Below are positions 61,747 to 64,000 of a DNA stretch of 64,000 bases, piece by piece; within the stretch, counting starts at the first letter, position 1, and each line of letters opens with the position of its first letter. The notes below the pieces were generated by a model. That model made no database searches. It was given only the letters and a program-made list of their open reading frames with translations, and was not told the origin of the DNA. The DNA is from Takakia lepidozioides (lineage: Eukaryota > Plantae > Bryophyta). The DNA lies in NCBI GenBank assembly GCA_030704615.1, contig CM060733.1:44764001-44828000 (forward strand), given 5' to 3'. The position numbers were made by a program, and so were the translations under genes.

Positions 61747-62777
61747 GGCCAATGAGGACGTGGTGAATCGAGGCACCCGCTATTCAGCTCCCATTACACC
61801 CCTAAAATCTAGCGCTCTGGAATCGGCGGTGCATTGGCGTTATTGGAATCGAGCTGAATTGGTCGCGCCCTACCACGATCACTAAAATTATTTTTGATTC
61901 CCTGTTGACAGAAATGCTAGTGCACCATTCCAAAGTAATTAATTATTTAATTAGGCCTATGAGGACGTGTGAAACGAGGCACCAGCTAACGAGGCACCAG
62001 CTATTCAGCTTAGCTAAACCCCATTCCGTCGCTAAAATCTTAATGCTCAGGATTTGTCGGTGCATTGGCATTCTTGGAATTGACCCCGCCCTACCAGGAT
62101 CACTAAAATTATTTTTGATTCCCTGTTGACAGAAATGCTAGTGCACCATTCCAAAGTAATTAATTATTTAATTAGGCCTATGAGGACGTGTGAAACGAGG
62201 CACCAGCTAACGAGGCACCAGCTATTCAGCTTAGCTAAACCCCATTCCGTCGCTAAAATCTTAATGCTCAGGATTTGTCGGTGCATTGGCATTCTTGGAA
62301 TTGACCCCGCCCTACCAGGATCACTAAAATTATTTTCGATTCCCTGTTGACAGAAATGCTAGTGCACCATTCCAAAGTAATTAATTATTTAATTAAATAA
62401 TAATATAATTAACTACTCTCTTTTTTTCTTTTTCTTTTTTCTTTTTTTCCACCAACAGGGATGAGAGGCCCTTGAAATTTATCAACAAGGGAAAAATTAA
62501 ACCCTTACATATTGCCACTACTTTGGAATGATGCACTAGCATTTATGTCAACTGGGAATCAAAAATAATTTTAGTGATCATTGATTAATAACTTTGGGTG
62601 CACTAGCGTTTCTGTCAACATCGAATCAAAAATAATTTTAGTGATCGTGGTAGGGCGCGACCAATTCAGCTCGATTCCAAGAACGCCAATGCACCGACGA
62701 GTCCAGAGCGTTACGATTTTAGGGGTGTAATGGGAGCTGAATAGCTGGTGCCTCATTTCACCACATCCTCATTGGCC
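61747..62777. mobile_element. Foldback/long-TIR non-autonomous element with an internal 221-bp tandem amplification
   Basis: ~200-bp inverted repeats 61747-61945 and 62586-62777, flanked by TA; near-perfect 221-bp tandem units at ~61877-62394 (near-identical ORFs 61905 and 62126). Confidence 0.75.
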
Positions 62778-63373
62778 TAAGAATTGGCCAAGTAATAGAT
62801 GGGCCCTGGAGTTCAATGCGAGGGAGCCGGTTCAGCCAGCGTGGACCCCCCGCCACCACCGCCCGCACATGGCGCGGCAGCCCCTCCCCCGCCTCATGTT
62901 CCCTCTTCCAGGACATGACACATGTCCTCTCACCCATCCCCATCCCACCTCCCATCCTCACCTCATGCATGGCATCGTCCTCCATCCCCCCCTGCATGCC
63001 TTCATCCTCCCCATGCCACATGCTTGCTTCCATTGCATACATGGTATCCCCAAACATACATCATGCCCTCAATTCAAATTCTCTGACATCTTTTCAAATT
63101 TTGAAATGGCAAATCTGAAGAAACGTTGGGATATATGCCACGTCGTCACATACACTGCCACCCCAATGGAGGGTTTTGCTACCCTCATCGTGCATTTCCT
63201 AGTAGCAATTCTCTCCATGTGTTTCTAGCTTGCCCACATGAATTGACAGCATTCCATTATACATGCCCAAAATATGAGTGCAAAAAGGCGCGTGTGAGGA
63301 TATGGCAGAGAAAGAAGACATTAACAAACTCAGAAGCGTCTTATTTCTATAAGCATGGCTAAAGAGGTTGAAC

Positions 63374-64000
63374 ATGGCAAGATTTTTCCCCACCTTCTTT
63401 CTAATCTGCAAAGTCAACTACAGACACCAAAGACAGGTACTTTCACACACCATGACTTGCAATAGAGGTCCCAATGGCATGGACAAATACCTGATGAGAA
63501 CATAGCTGAAATTGCACATATTCCTTGGAATTGGGTGGCGGACTTCATTGCTGGTGAGTCCTCCCAGAAGGAAGCCCAATGCACGTTCCGCACTCATCGA
63601 CAAAAAGGCACCCCTGCTTTGGACTCTCCAGGCACCACGCATGAATAGTGCCATGAACATTACAAGGTATGAATTCATCTTGAGCATGCTATGATTCATG
63701 AAAAATAAAATGAATGCTGCCACTATACAGATTCTATCCAAACCCACTAGCCATGCGCTTATGCTTTTCATAAGAGCGGTTCTAAAAGGCCACTCATGTT
63801 TTTGGCGTAGGTATCACTGCGCCTATGCCCCACAAGACAATACCCTGAACACTGTGGAGGTAACAGAGGCTATGCTTGCGAAGAAATGGCGTGTAGGTCC
63901 ACCAAAGAAAAGGGGGAGAAAGACTACAGTGGGGCCAACATCCACAGGAAAAAAAACCTAAACAAAAAAGGATTACAAACAACAAAACATGAGAAGGCAT
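63374..64000 (+). pseudogene. 5' part of a SWIM-zinc-finger/MULE-related protein (At4g13970-like), degenerate; runs off the window
   Basis: MAR..LQTPKTGTFTHHDLQ*R..IAHIPWNWVADFIAGES..CTF, intron ~63667-63809, YHCAYAPQD; resembles MARWDEIL..VALIPFARVDDFVRGES..YWCSFGPDD. Confidence 0.55.

Noticed and set aside
60735-62394. Possible CRISPR array
   Set aside because: Units repeat in full with no unique spacers, there are no cas genes, and the context is eukaryotic; these are ordinary tandem repeats

Overview
Eukaryotic genomic DNA with spliceosomal introns, most likely from a non-seed land plant (bryophyte-like genes and TE families; host identity is inference). Only two host genes look substantially intact: an 8-exon GEN1-type Holliday-junction resolvase/flap endonuclease (5037-9394, +) and a single-exon F-box gene (35717-36850, -). 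The rest is nested transposons and gene debris. Transposons: a CRE-like REL-type non-LTR retrotransposon interrupted by a hAT-like end carrying a solo LTR, a chromovirus remnant, a CACTA end, a TTAA-flanked piggyBac-like element, several MITEs, a truncated Ty1/copia, a foldback element and a SWIM/MULE-like transposase remnant. Gene debris: a Crinkler-type NTPase+REase pseudogene and fragments of HMA1, WDR13, SAR1, TauE/SafE, PRP22, PPR-E/DYW and RLK genes. The standout is a decayed Ty3/gypsy element (about 40940-48266, -). Its gag-pol polyprotein carries a complete, non-permuted DNMT3-like C5-cytosine methyltransferase domain between protease and RT, and a PHD finger after the integrase. This is a retrotransposon encoding both a putative DNA-methylation writer and a putative histone reader. 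All family assignments are from motif recognition by eye, not database searches.
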